From NCBI GenBank assembly GCA_049889695.1, contig JBMHCX010000016.1:32810-96809 (forward strand): DNA of 64,000 bases. Direction: 5' to 3'. The position numbers and the translations under genes are program-made. Shown piece by piece: positions 19,813-29,861 of this stretch. Below the pieces are notes generated by a model. The model saw nothing but the letters and a program-made list of their open reading frames with translations, was not told the origin of the DNA and did not search any database. Within the stretch, counting starts at the first letter, position 1. Each line of letters begins with the position of its first letter. Source of the DNA: Flavobacteriaceae bacterium. GTDB taxonomy: Bacteria > Bacteroidota > Bacteroidia > Flavobacteriales > Flavobacteriaceae.

Positions 19813-22288
19813 AATTTTCACGAGCCTAGGGATTCTTTTTTTAACACTCGCTGTTTATCAGTTGCAAGCACAAACACTGATTGTTCGAAATGCCCAAACA
19901 CAGGAAAAACTCAATCAAGTAGCCGTATTCTCGGCCGACCTTCTTCACTACAATACAACAGATTCCTTGGGAGTTGCATCACTGGAAGGATTTAGTACCA
20001 AACAATGGATTCAGTTGCAATTACTGGGTTTTGAAGATCAGCATTTCTATTGGGAGGGAGAGTCTTTGGTGGAAATGTATTTAGAACCCCAGATAGAGAA
20101 TTTGGAAGAAGTTATCTTATCGGTCGCTCGTTCAGCAAACAAACGTGCATCCTTAGCTGAAAAGGTAAGCGTGATTCGCGCAGATAAGATCCAAAAAAAC
20201 CGAACAGAAACGGCTGCTGAATTGTTACAGTCTGCCGGTGGGGTGAGGATTCAAAAAAGTCAGGGGGGAGGGGGGTCGCCAGTGATCCGCGGATTTGAAG
20301 CCAATAGAATCTTATTGGTCGTCGATGGAGTACGGATGAATAATGCCATCTATCGTTCCGGGCATTTACAAAACGCTATTACCATAGACCCACATATTTT
20401 AGATCGAATTGAAGTTGTATACGGGTCCTCTTCTGTCGGATACGGATCAGATGCCCTAGGAGGAGTGGTTCATTATTACACCAAAAGTCCAAAGATTGGA
20501 ATGGATAAGGCTGTTCAATCGCATTTTAGTACCAGCTATAACACTGCCAACACTGCATGGGTACAAAATGTTGCTGTTGAAACCTCCGATGCGCGATGGG
20601 GAACATACACTTCTTTGAGTTATTCGAGTTTTGGAGATATACGAATGGGGAAAAACCGTTTTCACGACTATGAGGATTGGGGTAAAAACTTTTTGTACTC
20701 CGAAAATACAGCGACCGACTACCGAACAGTTCCAACGGTTAATACCGACCCAAGCCTGCAAAAAAACACGAGCTACAGTCAATGGGATCTCTTTCATAAA
20801 ATCGTATACCAACAATCGGAAAGCATACAATGGGGCCTGAATTTACAGTTTTCTCGTTCTTCTGATATCGACCGTTACGATAAACTCAGCGAATACAATG
20901 GGGACAGTTTAAAGTTTAGTGAATGGTACTATGGCCCTCAAATTCGTTTGTTATTGGCTCCCCGAACTGAATTCTTCCCTCAAAAACGATGGATGGATCG
21001 CGGAAAAGTTATTCTTGCGTATCAATATGTCGAGGAATCGCGCAATAGTCGAAGGTTTACAAGCCTCAACCGTAAATCGCAGGAGGAAACAGTGAATGTT
21101 TGGAGTTTAAATGCCGATTTTGACACCAAAAAGATCAACAAGCAAAAGTGGTCTTATGGGACAGAGCTTTTATACAATCAGATTCAATCGATTGCCTATC
21201 AACGCGAATTAGGTGTGAGAAATAATCGTGTAGAAAGCTTAGGATTAAGATTGCCCGTTCCGACCCGTTACCCCTCAGATGGCTCCACCTATGGTAGTTT
21301 TGCCGTTTATTTGAATTGGATTTATGAGTTATCGGAAAAAATCACCTTAAACGTAGGGTCTCGATTTACCCTGACGAGCATTGATGCAAATTGGACTGAA
21401 ACCGCATTAATTAATGCTTCTTTTACCAATGTTCATCTTCAATCTGAAGCCCTGACCAATACGGTAGGCCTCAGTTATCGCCCCACCCAACGATGGCAAT
21501 GGAATACCTTGTTGTCCAATGGGTTCAGAAGCCCCAATATAGACGATATTGGGAAGATTCGCGAAAGTAATGGACAGCTAATTGTCCCCAATGACTTTCT
21601 GAAACCCGAATACGCCTATACAGCAGAAACTTCTTTGCGCTTTAACAGTACTAATCGTGAGTTTTATGGTGGGATTAACACTTATGCCACTCTTGTTTCA
21701 CAGCATATTGTTCGATCGGATTACACGATTTTTTCGGATACTTCTACCGAGGATGTTAACACTATCCTATACAATGGGGAGGAGGTCAGAACTATCGCAA
21801 ATAAAAACTTTGGTAATCGCTGGATATATGGGGGCTCTTTAGATTTACGCTGGAACATAAAAGAGTATTGGAAAACACAATTAAGTCTGACCTACACTGC
21901 GGCCGATGAAAATATGCAGTATGGCCCTATGCCTTCGATATCCCCCTTCTTTGGTTTTTGGGAAATGAGCTATCAAATCAATGATTTTAGTACTGCCCTT
22001 AGAGTGGATTTTTCTGATGCAAAAGCTCCTGACCAATATAGCTTTGGAGGAGAAGATGGCCTAGAGGAAACACCAATCATTCGCCCAACTGCTGAAGTAG
22101 TTACCGATCGGTATGCCGGAATGCCTGCTTGGTCGGACTGGAGTTTAGTGGGGCGCTACAGTCCCTCCGACACCTGGCAACTACACTTTGGCATCACAAA
22201 TATTCTGGATGCACACTATCGGACGTTTGCATCTGGAATATCTGCTCCAGGGAGAAGTCTTCGGCTGGGAATCGATCTCAATTTTTAA
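19796..22288 (+). CDS. TonB-dependent receptor
   Basis: Signal peptide ending LQAQ, an N-terminal CarbopepD_reg-like region, a plug (GGGGSPVIRGFEANRILLVVDGVRMNNAIYRSGH, VVYGSSSVGYGSDALGGVV) and a C-terminal ...LRLGIDLNF. Confidence 0.85.
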   Translation: MGFFNKIFTSLGILFLTLAVYQLQAQTLIVRNAQTQEKLNQVAVFSADLLHYNTTDSLGVASLEGFSTKQWIQLQLLGFEDQHFYWEGESLVEMYLEPQIENLEEVILSVARSANKRASLAEKVSVIRADKIQKNRTETAAELLQSAGGVRIQKSQGGGGSPVIRGFEANRILLVVDGVRMNNAIYRSGHLQNAITIDPHILDRIEVVYGSSSVGYGSDALGGVVHYYTKSPKIGMDKAVQSHFSTSYNTANTAWVQNVAVETSDARWGTYTSLSYSSFGDIRMGKNRFHDYEDWGKNFLYSENTATDYRTVPTVNTDPSLQKNTSYSQWDLFHKIVYQQSESIQWGLNLQFSRSSDIDRYDKLSEYNGDSLKFSEWYYGPQIRLLLAPRTEFFPQKRWMDRGKVILAYQYVEESRNSRRFTSLNRKSQEETVNVWSLNADFDTKKINKQKWSYGTELLYNQIQSIAYQRELGVRNNRVESLGLRLPVPTRYPSDGSTYGSFAVYLNWIYELSEKITLNVGSRFTLTSIDANWTETALINASFTNVHLQSEALTNTVGLSYRPTQRWQWNTLLSNGFRSPNIDDIGKIRESNGQLIVPNDFLKPEYAYTAETSLRFNSTNREFYGGINTYATLVSQHIVRSDYTIFSDTSTEDVNTILYNGEEVRTIANKNFGNRWIYGGSLDLRWNIKEYWKTQLSLTYTAADENMQYGPMPSISPFFGFWEMSYQINDFSTALRVDFSDAKAPDQYSFGGEDGLEETPIIRPTAEVVTDRYAGMPAWSDWSLVGRYSPSDTWQLHFGITNILDAHYRTFASGISAPGRSLRLGIDLNF

Positions 22289-22341
22289 ATAAAAAATAAG
22301 GTCAAATTCCTTAATTTCGCAGCACTTAACAAATTGCTTTC

Positions 22342-25300
22342 ATGGCCTTTAAGGAATATAAACATTTGAATCTCCCTCAGATTGCTCAGGAGGTCCAACA
22401 GTTTTGGGAAGAAGAAGAAATCTTTAACCGTAGCATATCGGAACGGGAAGGTGCTCCCGCATATGTGTTTTTTGAAGGACCCCCTTCTGCCAACGGAATG
22501 CCGGGGATTCACCATGTCATGGCTCGAACCATAAAAGATTTGTTTTGTCGATACAAAACCCAAAAGGGCTATCAGGTAAAGAGAAAAGCAGGGTGGGATA
22601 CCCATGGCCTTCCCGTAGAGTTGGGGGTTGAGAAAGAGTTAGGAATTAGCAAAGAAGATATTGGTTCTAAAATATCGGTTGAGGAGTATAGCGAGGCGTG
22701 TAAAAAAGCTGTTATGCGCTACACAGACGTCTGGAACAACCTAACTCACCAAATGGGGTATTGGGTGGATACGGACAACCCTTACGTTACCTACACACCA
22801 AAATACATGGAATCTGTGTGGTGGTTACTACAACAGATCTATCAAAAAGGACTCTTGTATAAAGGCTATACTATTCAGCCTTATTCCCCTATGGCCGGGA
22901 CCGGATTGAGCTCACACGAACTCAACCAGCCAGGGACCTATCAGGATGTAAGTGACACGACTGTCACAGCGCAGTTCAAGCTCCATCCGGCCAGTCTTCC
23001 GGAAGCTTGGAAAAGCGATATCCCTCTTTTTGCTTTGGCTTGGACAACAACGCCATGGACCCTTCCTTCCAATACAGCACTTACAGTTGGCCCTAAGATC
23101 GACTATGTCATAGTTCAGACCTATAACCAATACACCCATGCGCCCATTCATGTGATTTTGGCGCAGAAATTAATCTCGAAACAATTTGCTAAAAAATATG
23201 TCGAGGTTGCTACTCCGTCTGCGCTTGAAGACTACACAGCAGGAGATAAAAAAATACCTTATTGTGTTCTTACCCAAGCTAAAGGAGCCGAACTGATCGG
23301 AATTCAATACGAACAGCTATGGGAGGAATCGCCACTCCCTTTGGAGAATCCAGAAAATGCATTTCGAATTATTGGTGGGGATTTTGTGACGACTGAAGAT
23401 GGAACTGGGATTGTACATACTGCCCCTACTTTTGGTGCCGATGATGCTAAAGTTGCTGCAGAAGCAACTCCTCCTGTTCCTCCCCTCTTGGTTAAAGATG
23501 AACATGGAAATCAGGTACCACTGGTCGACCTCAAAGGAAGATTTCGCCCGGAGGTAGGAAACTTGGGTGGTCGATTTGTAAAAAACGAATACTACCCAGA
23601 AGGACAAGCTCCTGAAAAGTCTGTGGATGTTGAAATAGCAATACTGCTCAAAACACAGAACCGAGCATTTAAAGTCGAAAAGTATGTTCACGCCTATCCT
23701 AATTGTTGGCGGACAGATAAGCCTATATTGTATTATCCCCTCGATTCCTGGTTTATTAAAGCGACTGCTGTTCGTTCGCGAATGGTGGACCTCAATCAGC
23801 AAATTCATTGGAAGCCTCAATCGACAGGGGAAGGACGATTTGGGAACTGGTTGTCCAATGCAAACGATTGGAACTTATCCAGGTCCCGCTTCTGGGGGAT
23901 TCCACTCCCTATTTGGAGAAGTGAAGACGGTAGTGTAGAACGGATGATTGGCTCTGTGGCTGAACTTAAAGAAGCCATACAAGAAGCAATAGCCGCAAAT
24001 CTGATGGAAGAAGATCCTTACCCTGACTTTGTCCTTGGGGATATGAGCGATGCTAATTATGCGCATATAGATCTGCACAAACATATTGTGGACAAGATTG
24101 TTCTTGTCGGACCAAAGGGGGAACCGCTATACAGAGAACCTGACCTGATCGATGTTTGGTTTGATTCGGGAGCAATGCCCTACGCCCAATGGCACTACCC
24201 TTTTGAAAATAAGGAAATGATCGATGCCAACAAGGCCTTCCCAGCTGATTATATCGCTGAAGGAGTCGACCAGACTAGAGGGTGGTTCTATACCCTACAC
24301 GCAATTGCGACTTTAGTTTTCGATGATTTGGCCTACAAAAATGTAGTCTCTAATGGTTTAGTGTTAGACAAAACAGGGCAAAAAATGTCGAAGCGGTTAG
24401 GGAATGCAATTGACCCTTTTGAAACCTTAGCTACACATGGCCCTGACGCCACGCGCTGGTATATGATTGCCAACGCAAACCCATGGGACAACCTTAAATT
24501 TGATCTTGAAGGGATTGTAGAAACAAAACGAAAATTTTTCGGAACGCTCTACAATACGTATTCATTTTTTGCTTTATACGCCAATATCGATGGCTTTGAT
24601 TTTAAAGCCCCGCAGATACCTCTAGCCGACCGTGTAGAGCTCGACCAATGGATTCTTTCAGAGCTACATTCATTGATGGCTCAGGTAGACGAAGATTTCA
24701 AGGCCTATGAGCCGACTCGAGCGGCCCGAGCGATTTCAGATTTTGTCCAAGAAAAATTGAGTAATTGGTATGTCCGATTGTCCAGAAGGCGTTTTTGGAA
24801 AGGCAGCTATGGACCCGATAAAATTGCAGCTTACCAAACCCTGCACACTTGCTTAACGACTGTTGCTCAACTCATGGCTCCCATTGCACCATTTTTCGCG
24901 GAAAGACTTTACAGGGACCTCATGAAACTAGAGCACACCAATGCCTCAGTGCATATCACTTCATTCCCGACATCAGAAAAGGACTACATTCAGCCTGCTC
25001 TGGAAAAGCGAATCAATAAAGCACGCTTGCTTACTTCTCTAGCACTTTCTATCCGTAAAAAAGAAAAAATCAAAGTAAGACAGCCATTACAGAAGATGTT
25101 AGTCCCCGTTACGGGAGCTGCTGAATTGGCTGAAATGCAACGTATCGCCGATCAACTCAAGTCTGAAATTAATGTAAAAGAGATCGAATTTTTAGACGAT
25201 CAAAACGATTTGCTCGTCAAAGAAATCAAGCCAAACTTCAAACGCCTTGGCCCTCGATTTGGAAAGCAAATGAAAGCCATATCACAAGCGATACAAGGCT

Positions 25301-25737
25301 TATCTCAAGCGCAAATTGACGTGTTGGAAAAAGAAAAGACCCTAGAAATTACCTTGGAAGGGGCTCCCATTCAATTGGAAAGAGATGATGTTGAAATTGG
25401 GTTTAAAGACATCGAGGGATGGGCCGTAGCACAGGGATCTGGAACTACTGTAGCTTTAGATCTACAGTTAAATCAGTTGTTAATTCAAGAAGGGATCGCA
25501 CGAGAATTTATTAATAGAGTTCAAAATCATCGGAAAGATTTAGGCTTGGATGTCGTGGATAAAATCCAGGTCACATTTAGCAGCCATCCAGACCTAGACA
25601 CCGCCGTATTTGAAAATATCACGTATATTAAGCAAGAAATTCTTGCGGAAGATATTCGTTTGCAAGAAAATTCAGAGGAGGGATTACCTCTTGAATTTGA
25701 TACCATAAAATCTGTTGTAGAAATTAAAAAACTATAA
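22342..25737 (+). CDS. ileS: Isoleucine--tRNA ligase (long, type 2 form)
   Basis: HIGH-type motif (PSANGMPGIHH), the KMSKRLGN (KMSKS) motif and a CP1 editing domain; 1131 aa. Confidence 0.97.
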   Translation: MAFKEYKHLNLPQIAQEVQQFWEEEEIFNRSISEREGAPAYVFFEGPPSANGMPGIHHVMARTIKDLFCRYKTQKGYQVKRKAGWDTHGLPVELGVEKELGISKEDIGSKISVEEYSEACKKAVMRYTDVWNNLTHQMGYWVDTDNPYVTYTPKYMESVWWLLQQIYQKGLLYKGYTIQPYSPMAGTGLSSHELNQPGTYQDVSDTTVTAQFKLHPASLPEAWKSDIPLFALAWTTTPWTLPSNTALTVGPKIDYVIVQTYNQYTHAPIHVILAQKLISKQFAKKYVEVATPSALEDYTAGDKKIPYCVLTQAKGAELIGIQYEQLWEESPLPLENPENAFRIIGGDFVTTEDGTGIVHTAPTFGADDAKVAAEATPPVPPLLVKDEHGNQVPLVDLKGRFRPEVGNLGGRFVKNEYYPEGQAPEKSVDVEIAILLKTQNRAFKVEKYVHAYPNCWRTDKPILYYPLDSWFIKATAVRSRMVDLNQQIHWKPQSTGEGRFGNWLSNANDWNLSRSRFWGIPLPIWRSEDGSVERMIGSVAELKEAIQEAIAANLMEEDPYPDFVLGDMSDANYAHIDLHKHIVDKIVLVGPKGEPLYREPDLIDVWFDSGAMPYAQWHYPFENKEMIDANKAFPADYIAEGVDQTRGWFYTLHAIATLVFDDLAYKNVVSNGLVLDKTGQKMSKRLGNAIDPFETLATHGPDATRWYMIANANPWDNLKFDLEGIVETKRKFFGTLYNTYSFFALYANIDGFDFKAPQIPLADRVELDQWILSELHSLMAQVDEDFKAYEPTRAARAISDFVQEKLSNWYVRLSRRRFWKGSYGPDKIAAYQTLHTCLTTVAQLMAPIAPFFAERLYRDLMKLEHTNASVHITSFPTSEKDYIQPALEKRINKARLLTSLALSIRKKEKIKVRQPLQKMLVPVTGAAELAEMQRIADQLKSEINVKEIEFLDDQNDLLVKEIKPNFKRLGPRFGKQMKAISQAIQGLSQAQIDVLEKEKTLEITLEGAPIQLERDDVEIGFKDIEGWAVAQGSGTTVALDLQLNQLLIQEGIAREFINRVQNHRKDLGLDVVDKIQVTFSSHPDLDTAVFENITYIKQEILAEDIRLQENSEEGLPLEFDTIKSVVEIKKL

Positions 25738-25739
25738 CC

Positions 25740-26123
25740 ATGAGTACAGAACAAAAAAATCGATATTCCGATGCGGATTTGGAAGAGTTTCGCGTATTGA
25801 TCGAAGATAAAATTCTGAAAGCCAAAGCTGATTTAGATCTGCTCAAGAGTTCATACATGAACGATGGAAACAATGGGACGGATGACACTTCACCAACTTT
25901 TAAAGCATTTGAAGAAGGTTCCGAAACCATGTCTAAAGAGGCGAACACCCAACTCGCTTTGCGACAGGAGAAATTTATCAGAGACCTTAAAAATGCTCTT
26001 GTTCGTATAGAAAACAAAACCTATGGCATTTGTCGAGTAACGGGAAAATTGATCAATAAAAAACGCCTGTTTTTGGTGCCACATGCCACCTTAAGCATAG
26101 AGGCAAAAAATATGCAGAAATAA
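25740..26123 (+). CDS. DksA/TraR-family regulator (cysteine-poor variant)
   Basis: Coiled-coil N-terminal region followed by YGICRVTGKLINKKRLFLVPHATLSIEAK, lying directly after ileS as in other Bacteroidota. Confidence 0.75.
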   Translation: MSTEQKNRYSDADLEEFRVLIEDKILKAKADLDLLKSSYMNDGNNGTDDTSPTFKAFEEGSETMSKEANTQLALRQEKFIRDLKNALVRIENKTYGICRVTGKLINKKRLFLVPHATLSIEAKNMQK

Positions 26124-26146
26124 TTCGGATTGTATTTCATTTATGC

Positions 26147-26737
26147 TTGCTCAGTAGTAGCTTGTGGGCACAATCCCTCCGCAATCAGACCCTTGAATGG
26201 GAAGGGAATTTTCTTTCCTTAAGTGCACCCTTCGCCGCCCAAATCCGAATTTATACCACTTTAGAACAGGACCAACTTCAACTGACTTACCTCGCCGAAG
26301 GGGAGTATCAGGATCAGACCTCCCTAGCCATTCAATCCGATGAAACAGGCATTGTGTTAAAAGAAATACGTCTACCCACTTATTACAATCCTCAAGACAA
26401 ATTAAGTGCGCATAAAAGTATCGCTTCCCGCATAGAGCTGGGGCTTCCTTCTACAGCCCGCTTAGACCTCTATGCCACCAATGCTCTTCTGATAGTGGAA
26501 GGCCCACTAGCCAAAACGAATATTGCCCTTGAAAGTGGACGCTGCGAATTAAAGCGTTGGCGTTCAGATGCTCGTATTCAAACGCGCGATGCTTCTGTTT
26601 TTGTTTCTGGAAGGCGATTGGCGGTGGAAGGAAAGAGCCGAGAAGGAGAAATTCAAATAGAGCAGGAGACCGATCCTCAGGCGAAAGTTTGGATAGAAAC
26701 GATCTCCGGAAATATTCGGTACCAAAAGGAGCAATAA
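26147..26737 (+). CDS. Hypothetical beta-rich secreted protein; the start codon is uncertain
   Basis: Clean ORF between dksA and lspA. The annotated N-terminus (MLSSSLWAQS) looks like only the tail of a signal peptide (see findings). Confidence 0.5.
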   Translation: MLSSSLWAQSLRNQTLEWEGNFLSLSAPFAAQIRIYTTLEQDQLQLTYLAEGEYQDQTSLAIQSDETGIVLKEIRLPTYYNPQDKLSAHKSIASRIELGLPSTARLDLYATNALLIVEGPLAKTNIALESGRCELKRWRSDARIQTRDASVFVSGRRLAVEGKSREGEIQIEQETDPQAKVWIETISGNIRYQKEQ

Positions 26738-26742
26738 TTATG

Positions 26743-26750
26743 TATTTTTG
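26743..26750 (+). promoter_or_regulatory. TAttTTTG motif overlapping the ORF-track TTG start of lspA
   Basis: TATTTTTG at 26743-26750. If it functions, lspA would start at GTG 26775 (MFKKELDTPR...). Confidence 0.3.
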
Positions 26751-27425
26751 ACTATCCGAATCAACAGCATCCCTGTGTTTAAAAAAGAGCTTGATACACC
26801 TAGAATTATCTTTTTATTCCTGACGGTCTTAACGATCGATCAGGCCTTGAAAATATACATCAAACTTCATTTTCCGCTCACCCTTTACGGGACGGACGCC
26901 ATTGTTGACAGGGGCTTTTTTAAGCTGATGTTTGTGGAAAATAACGGGATGGCCATGGGGACTAAAATCAGTGATTTTCTTCCTTTTTTAAGCGAGCATC
27001 AAGGGAAGTTTTTACTGACATTTTTCCGACTTATTGCTATCAGTGCTCTGGGCTATTGGCTCAACCAAATTGTGAAGACGCCTAGTCCTAAGGGTCTTCG
27101 ACTGGGACTCACATTAATCTTTGCTGGTGCCGTTGGAAATCTGATCGATTCTATTTTTTACGGACAGTTATTTTCTCACAGCTACAAGCAAATAGCGGAG
27201 TTTCTACCAGCTGAAGGAGGGTATGCTCCACTATTCTTTGGCCATGTAGTGGATATGTTTCAGTTTCCTTTGGTGCGTTGGGTCTGGCCAGAATGGGTTC
27301 CTTTTGTCGGCGGACAGCCCTATTTGTTTTTTCAATATATCTTCAATGTAGCTGATGCATCGATCAGTATTGGGGTTGGAATCCTCTTATGGTTTAATAA
27401 GCCTATATTTTCTAAACCTGCTTAA
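26748..27425 (+). CDS. lspA: Lipoprotein signal peptidase (signal peptidase II)
   Basis: TIDQALK, FVENNGMAMG, GAVGNLIDS and FNVADASISIG motifs. The start is either TTG 26748 or GTG 26775. Confidence 0.9.
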   Translation: MTIRINSIPVFKKELDTPRIIFLFLTVLTIDQALKIYIKLHFPLTLYGTDAIVDRGFFKLMFVENNGMAMGTKISDFLPFLSEHQGKFLLTFFRLIAISALGYWLNQIVKTPSPKGLRLGLTLIFAGAVGNLIDSIFYGQLFSHSYKQIAEFLPAEGGYAPLFFGHVVDMFQFPLVRWVWPEWVPFVGGQPYLFFQYIFNVADASISIGVGILLWFNKPIFSKPA

Positions 27426-27987
27426 ACTCCCAAATGTTTTGAGGAGTGACGGCATAGTGAAGTGGGATATCTGTACTTTCTATCGGACTAATTTTTTCAA
27501 CAGGGTCAAAAAAGCTTAACCCTATACGAACAACATCTGCCTTGCATTCCGCTAAGAAAAGGTCGTAATAGCCTCCTCCATATCCGACCCGATTACCGAA
27601 TTTGTCGAAGCCTAAAAGGGGGACAAATACGACATCCAACACAGAGGGGTTGAGTTGAATTCCATCCTGAGGCTCAGGGATTCCCCAGGGGTGCATGACA
27701 ATTTTAGTCTGATCGGTTAGCAAGTAGTGGGTCAGTTGGCGAGAGCCGCTAATCTTCGGACAAACAACGCTTTTATCTTTGCCTTGCAATAGGGTTAGTA
27801 AGGGCTCAGTATCCACTTCTTTTTTCTTGCTACTGCTTAAAAAAAGATGAAAAGTAGATGCTTCCCAAATATTTAAAGAAGCGACCTGATTGGCAATATC
27901 GATACTCCACTGTTCAGCTTGTAGTGGGTCAAGCAAGCTTCGTTGGTTTAAAAAATGAGCTCTAGCAGTCGATTTAGTGAAGTGCAT
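27412..27987 (-). CDS. 5-formyltetrahydrofolate cyclo-ligase
   Basis: VFVPLLGFDKFGNRVGYGGGYYD motif; 191 aa. Confidence 0.85.
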   Translation of the reverse strand: MHFTKSTARAHFLNQRSLLDPLQAEQWSIDIANQVASLNIWEASTFHLFLSSSKKKEVDTEPLLTLLQGKDKSVVCPKISGSRQLTHYLLTDQTKIVMHPWGIPEPQDGIQLNPSVLDVVFVPLLGFDKFGNRVGYGGGYYDLFLAECKADVVRIGLSFFDPVEKISPIESTDIPLHYAVTPQNIWEFKQV

Positions 27988-28029
27988 CTACTGATTTTTA
28001 ACACAAAGAAAATGAATTAACTTCGTTGT

Positions 28030-29826
28030 GTGAAATCGCCAACTATAGAGATTCAACTGAAAACGCTACCCGATTCCCCGGGGGTGTATCAATACTACGA
28101 TAAGCAAAATCGTTTGCTCTATGTTGGGAAAGCTAAAAATCTAAAAAAGCGCGTCGGGTCTTATTTTACCAAAGTACACGACAATAATCGCACACGGGTT
28201 TTGGTCAAGCAAATCGACCGGATCGAGCACATCGTTGTTCCCACAGAAATGGATGCACTTCTTTTGGAAAATAGCCTGATTAAAAAGCATCAGCCACGCT
28301 ACAATGTTTTGCTTAAAGACGATAAAACATATCCATGGATCTGTATCAAAAATGAGCCTTTTCCTAGGGTTTTTCCCACCCGAAAACTGATCAAAGACGG
28401 CTCGGAATATTACGGTCCTTACACGAATTTTAAAACCATTCGGACACTTTTAGACCTCATCAAAAGCTTATATCCATTGCGGACTTGTTCCTACGATTTA
28501 AGCCAAGAAAAAGTCGCAGCCCAAAAGTATAAAGTGTGTTTGGAGTTTCATTTGGGGAATTGTTTGGGACCGTGCGAATCTAAAATGGATCCAGAGACCT
28601 ACCAGGAAAACATTAAGGCCATCCGCAATATTATTAAAGGAAACTTCAAGCATTCTTTGGGGCAATTCAAACAATTGATGCTCCAGTATGCTACAGATAT
28701 GGAGTTTGAAAAAGCCCAACGGATCAAGGAAAAAATTGAAGTATTAGAAAACTACCAGGCAAAGTCAACGGTGGTTAATCCTAAAATCAGTGAAGTAGAT
28801 GTTTTTTCAATCGTCTCCGATGAATCTTATGGTTACATCAACTTTTTACAGTTGTCCTATGGGTCCATTATCCGATCGCATACGATGGAGTTGAAGAAAA
28901 AAATGGAGGAAACCGACGCCGATCTTTTGGCTTTAGCCGTCATTGAAATTCGACAGCGCTTCAATTCTAACTCTTCTGAAATCTACCTCCCATTTCCGCT
29001 GGATTTGGGGACAGATATAAAAGTTACCGTTCCTAAACTAGGAGACAAAAAAAGTTTGGTAGACCTCTCTGAACGCAATGCAAAATATTTCCGGATGGAG
29101 CGATTCAAGGAAATGAAAATTGTTGATCCGGATCGACATGTAAAGCGGCTGATGGGACAAATGAAAGCTGATCTACGGCTAACGGCCGAACCTGTTCACA
29201 TCGAGTGTTTTGATAATTCAAACATTCAAGGGACCAATCCTGTAGCTGCTTGTGTGGTATTTAAAAACGGCAAACCTTCAAAAAAAGAATACCGCCATTT
29301 CAATATAAAAACCGTGGAAGGACCCGATGACTTTGCCTCTATGGAAGAAGTCGTTTATCGTCGTTATAAAAGGCTGTTAGACGAAGGAGAGTCCCTTCCT
29401 CAATTAATTATTATAGACGGTGGGAAAGGACAGTTATCCTCCGCACTTAAGAGTCTTGAATTATTAGGCTTACGAGGGAAAATTGCCATAGTCGGGATTG
29501 CTAAACGCCTGGAGGAAATATTCTTTCCGGGCGACTCTATCCCTCTTTATTTGGATAAAAAATCTGAAACCCTCAAGGTTATACAGCATCTACGAAACGA
29601 GGCGCACCGTTTTGGAATCACGTTTCATCGACAAAAGCGAAGTAAAAATGCATGGACGTCTGTTTTGGATAATATCCCTGGTATAGGACCTAAAACAGCA
29701 ACATTACTCTTGCGTAGATTTAAGTCCTTTAAACGGATCAAAGCGGCTACAGAAGCGGAACTAATCGATAGTTTAGGCCCAAAAAAAGGTAAAATGTTAT
29801 ATGGGGAGCTTCAAAAAATGAGCTGA
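28030..29826 (+). CDS. uvrC: Excinuclease ABC subunit C
   Basis: GIY-YIG domain (GVYQYYDKQNRLLYVGKAKNLKKR), a UVR domain, an endonuclease domain (IECFDNSN) and a C-terminal HhH (IPGIGPKTA). Confidence 0.95.
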   Translation: MKSPTIEIQLKTLPDSPGVYQYYDKQNRLLYVGKAKNLKKRVGSYFTKVHDNNRTRVLVKQIDRIEHIVVPTEMDALLLENSLIKKHQPRYNVLLKDDKTYPWICIKNEPFPRVFPTRKLIKDGSEYYGPYTNFKTIRTLLDLIKSLYPLRTCSYDLSQEKVAAQKYKVCLEFHLGNCLGPCESKMDPETYQENIKAIRNIIKGNFKHSLGQFKQLMLQYATDMEFEKAQRIKEKIEVLENYQAKSTVVNPKISEVDVFSIVSDESYGYINFLQLSYGSIIRSHTMELKKKMEETDADLLALAVIEIRQRFNSNSSEIYLPFPLDLGTDIKVTVPKLGDKKSLVDLSERNAKYFRMERFKEMKIVDPDRHVKRLMGQMKADLRLTAEPVHIECFDNSNIQGTNPVAACVVFKNGKPSKKEYRHFNIKTVEGPDDFASMEEVVYRRYKRLLDEGESLPQLIIIDGGKGQLSSALKSLELLGLRGKIAIVGIAKRLEEIFFPGDSIPLYLDKKSETLKVIQHLRNEAHRFGITFHRQKRSKNAWTSVLDNIPGIGPKTATLLLRRFKSFKRIKAATEAELIDSLGPKKGKMLYGELQKMS

Positions 29827-29861
29827 ATGTAGTAACTTTAGAAGACTAAACCCAGCCCCAA

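Noticed and set aside
20264-20276. A G6-A-G6 tract lies inside the TonB-dependent receptor gene, raising the possibility of phase variation or a G-quadruplex.
   Set aside because: It encodes the conserved plug motif GGGGS. The homopolymer runs of 6 are short for slipped-strand switching.
22285-22605. A 106-aa minus-strand ORF overlaps the ileS start.
   Set aside because: It is antisense to the highly conserved ileS N-terminus, with no motif and no promoter or terminator context.
23317-23820. A 167-aa antisense ORF lies inside ileS.
   Set aside because: It is long for a shadow ORF, but it lies entirely within conserved ileS coding sequence and translates to a Cys/Phe/Arg-rich sequence that does not look like a protein.
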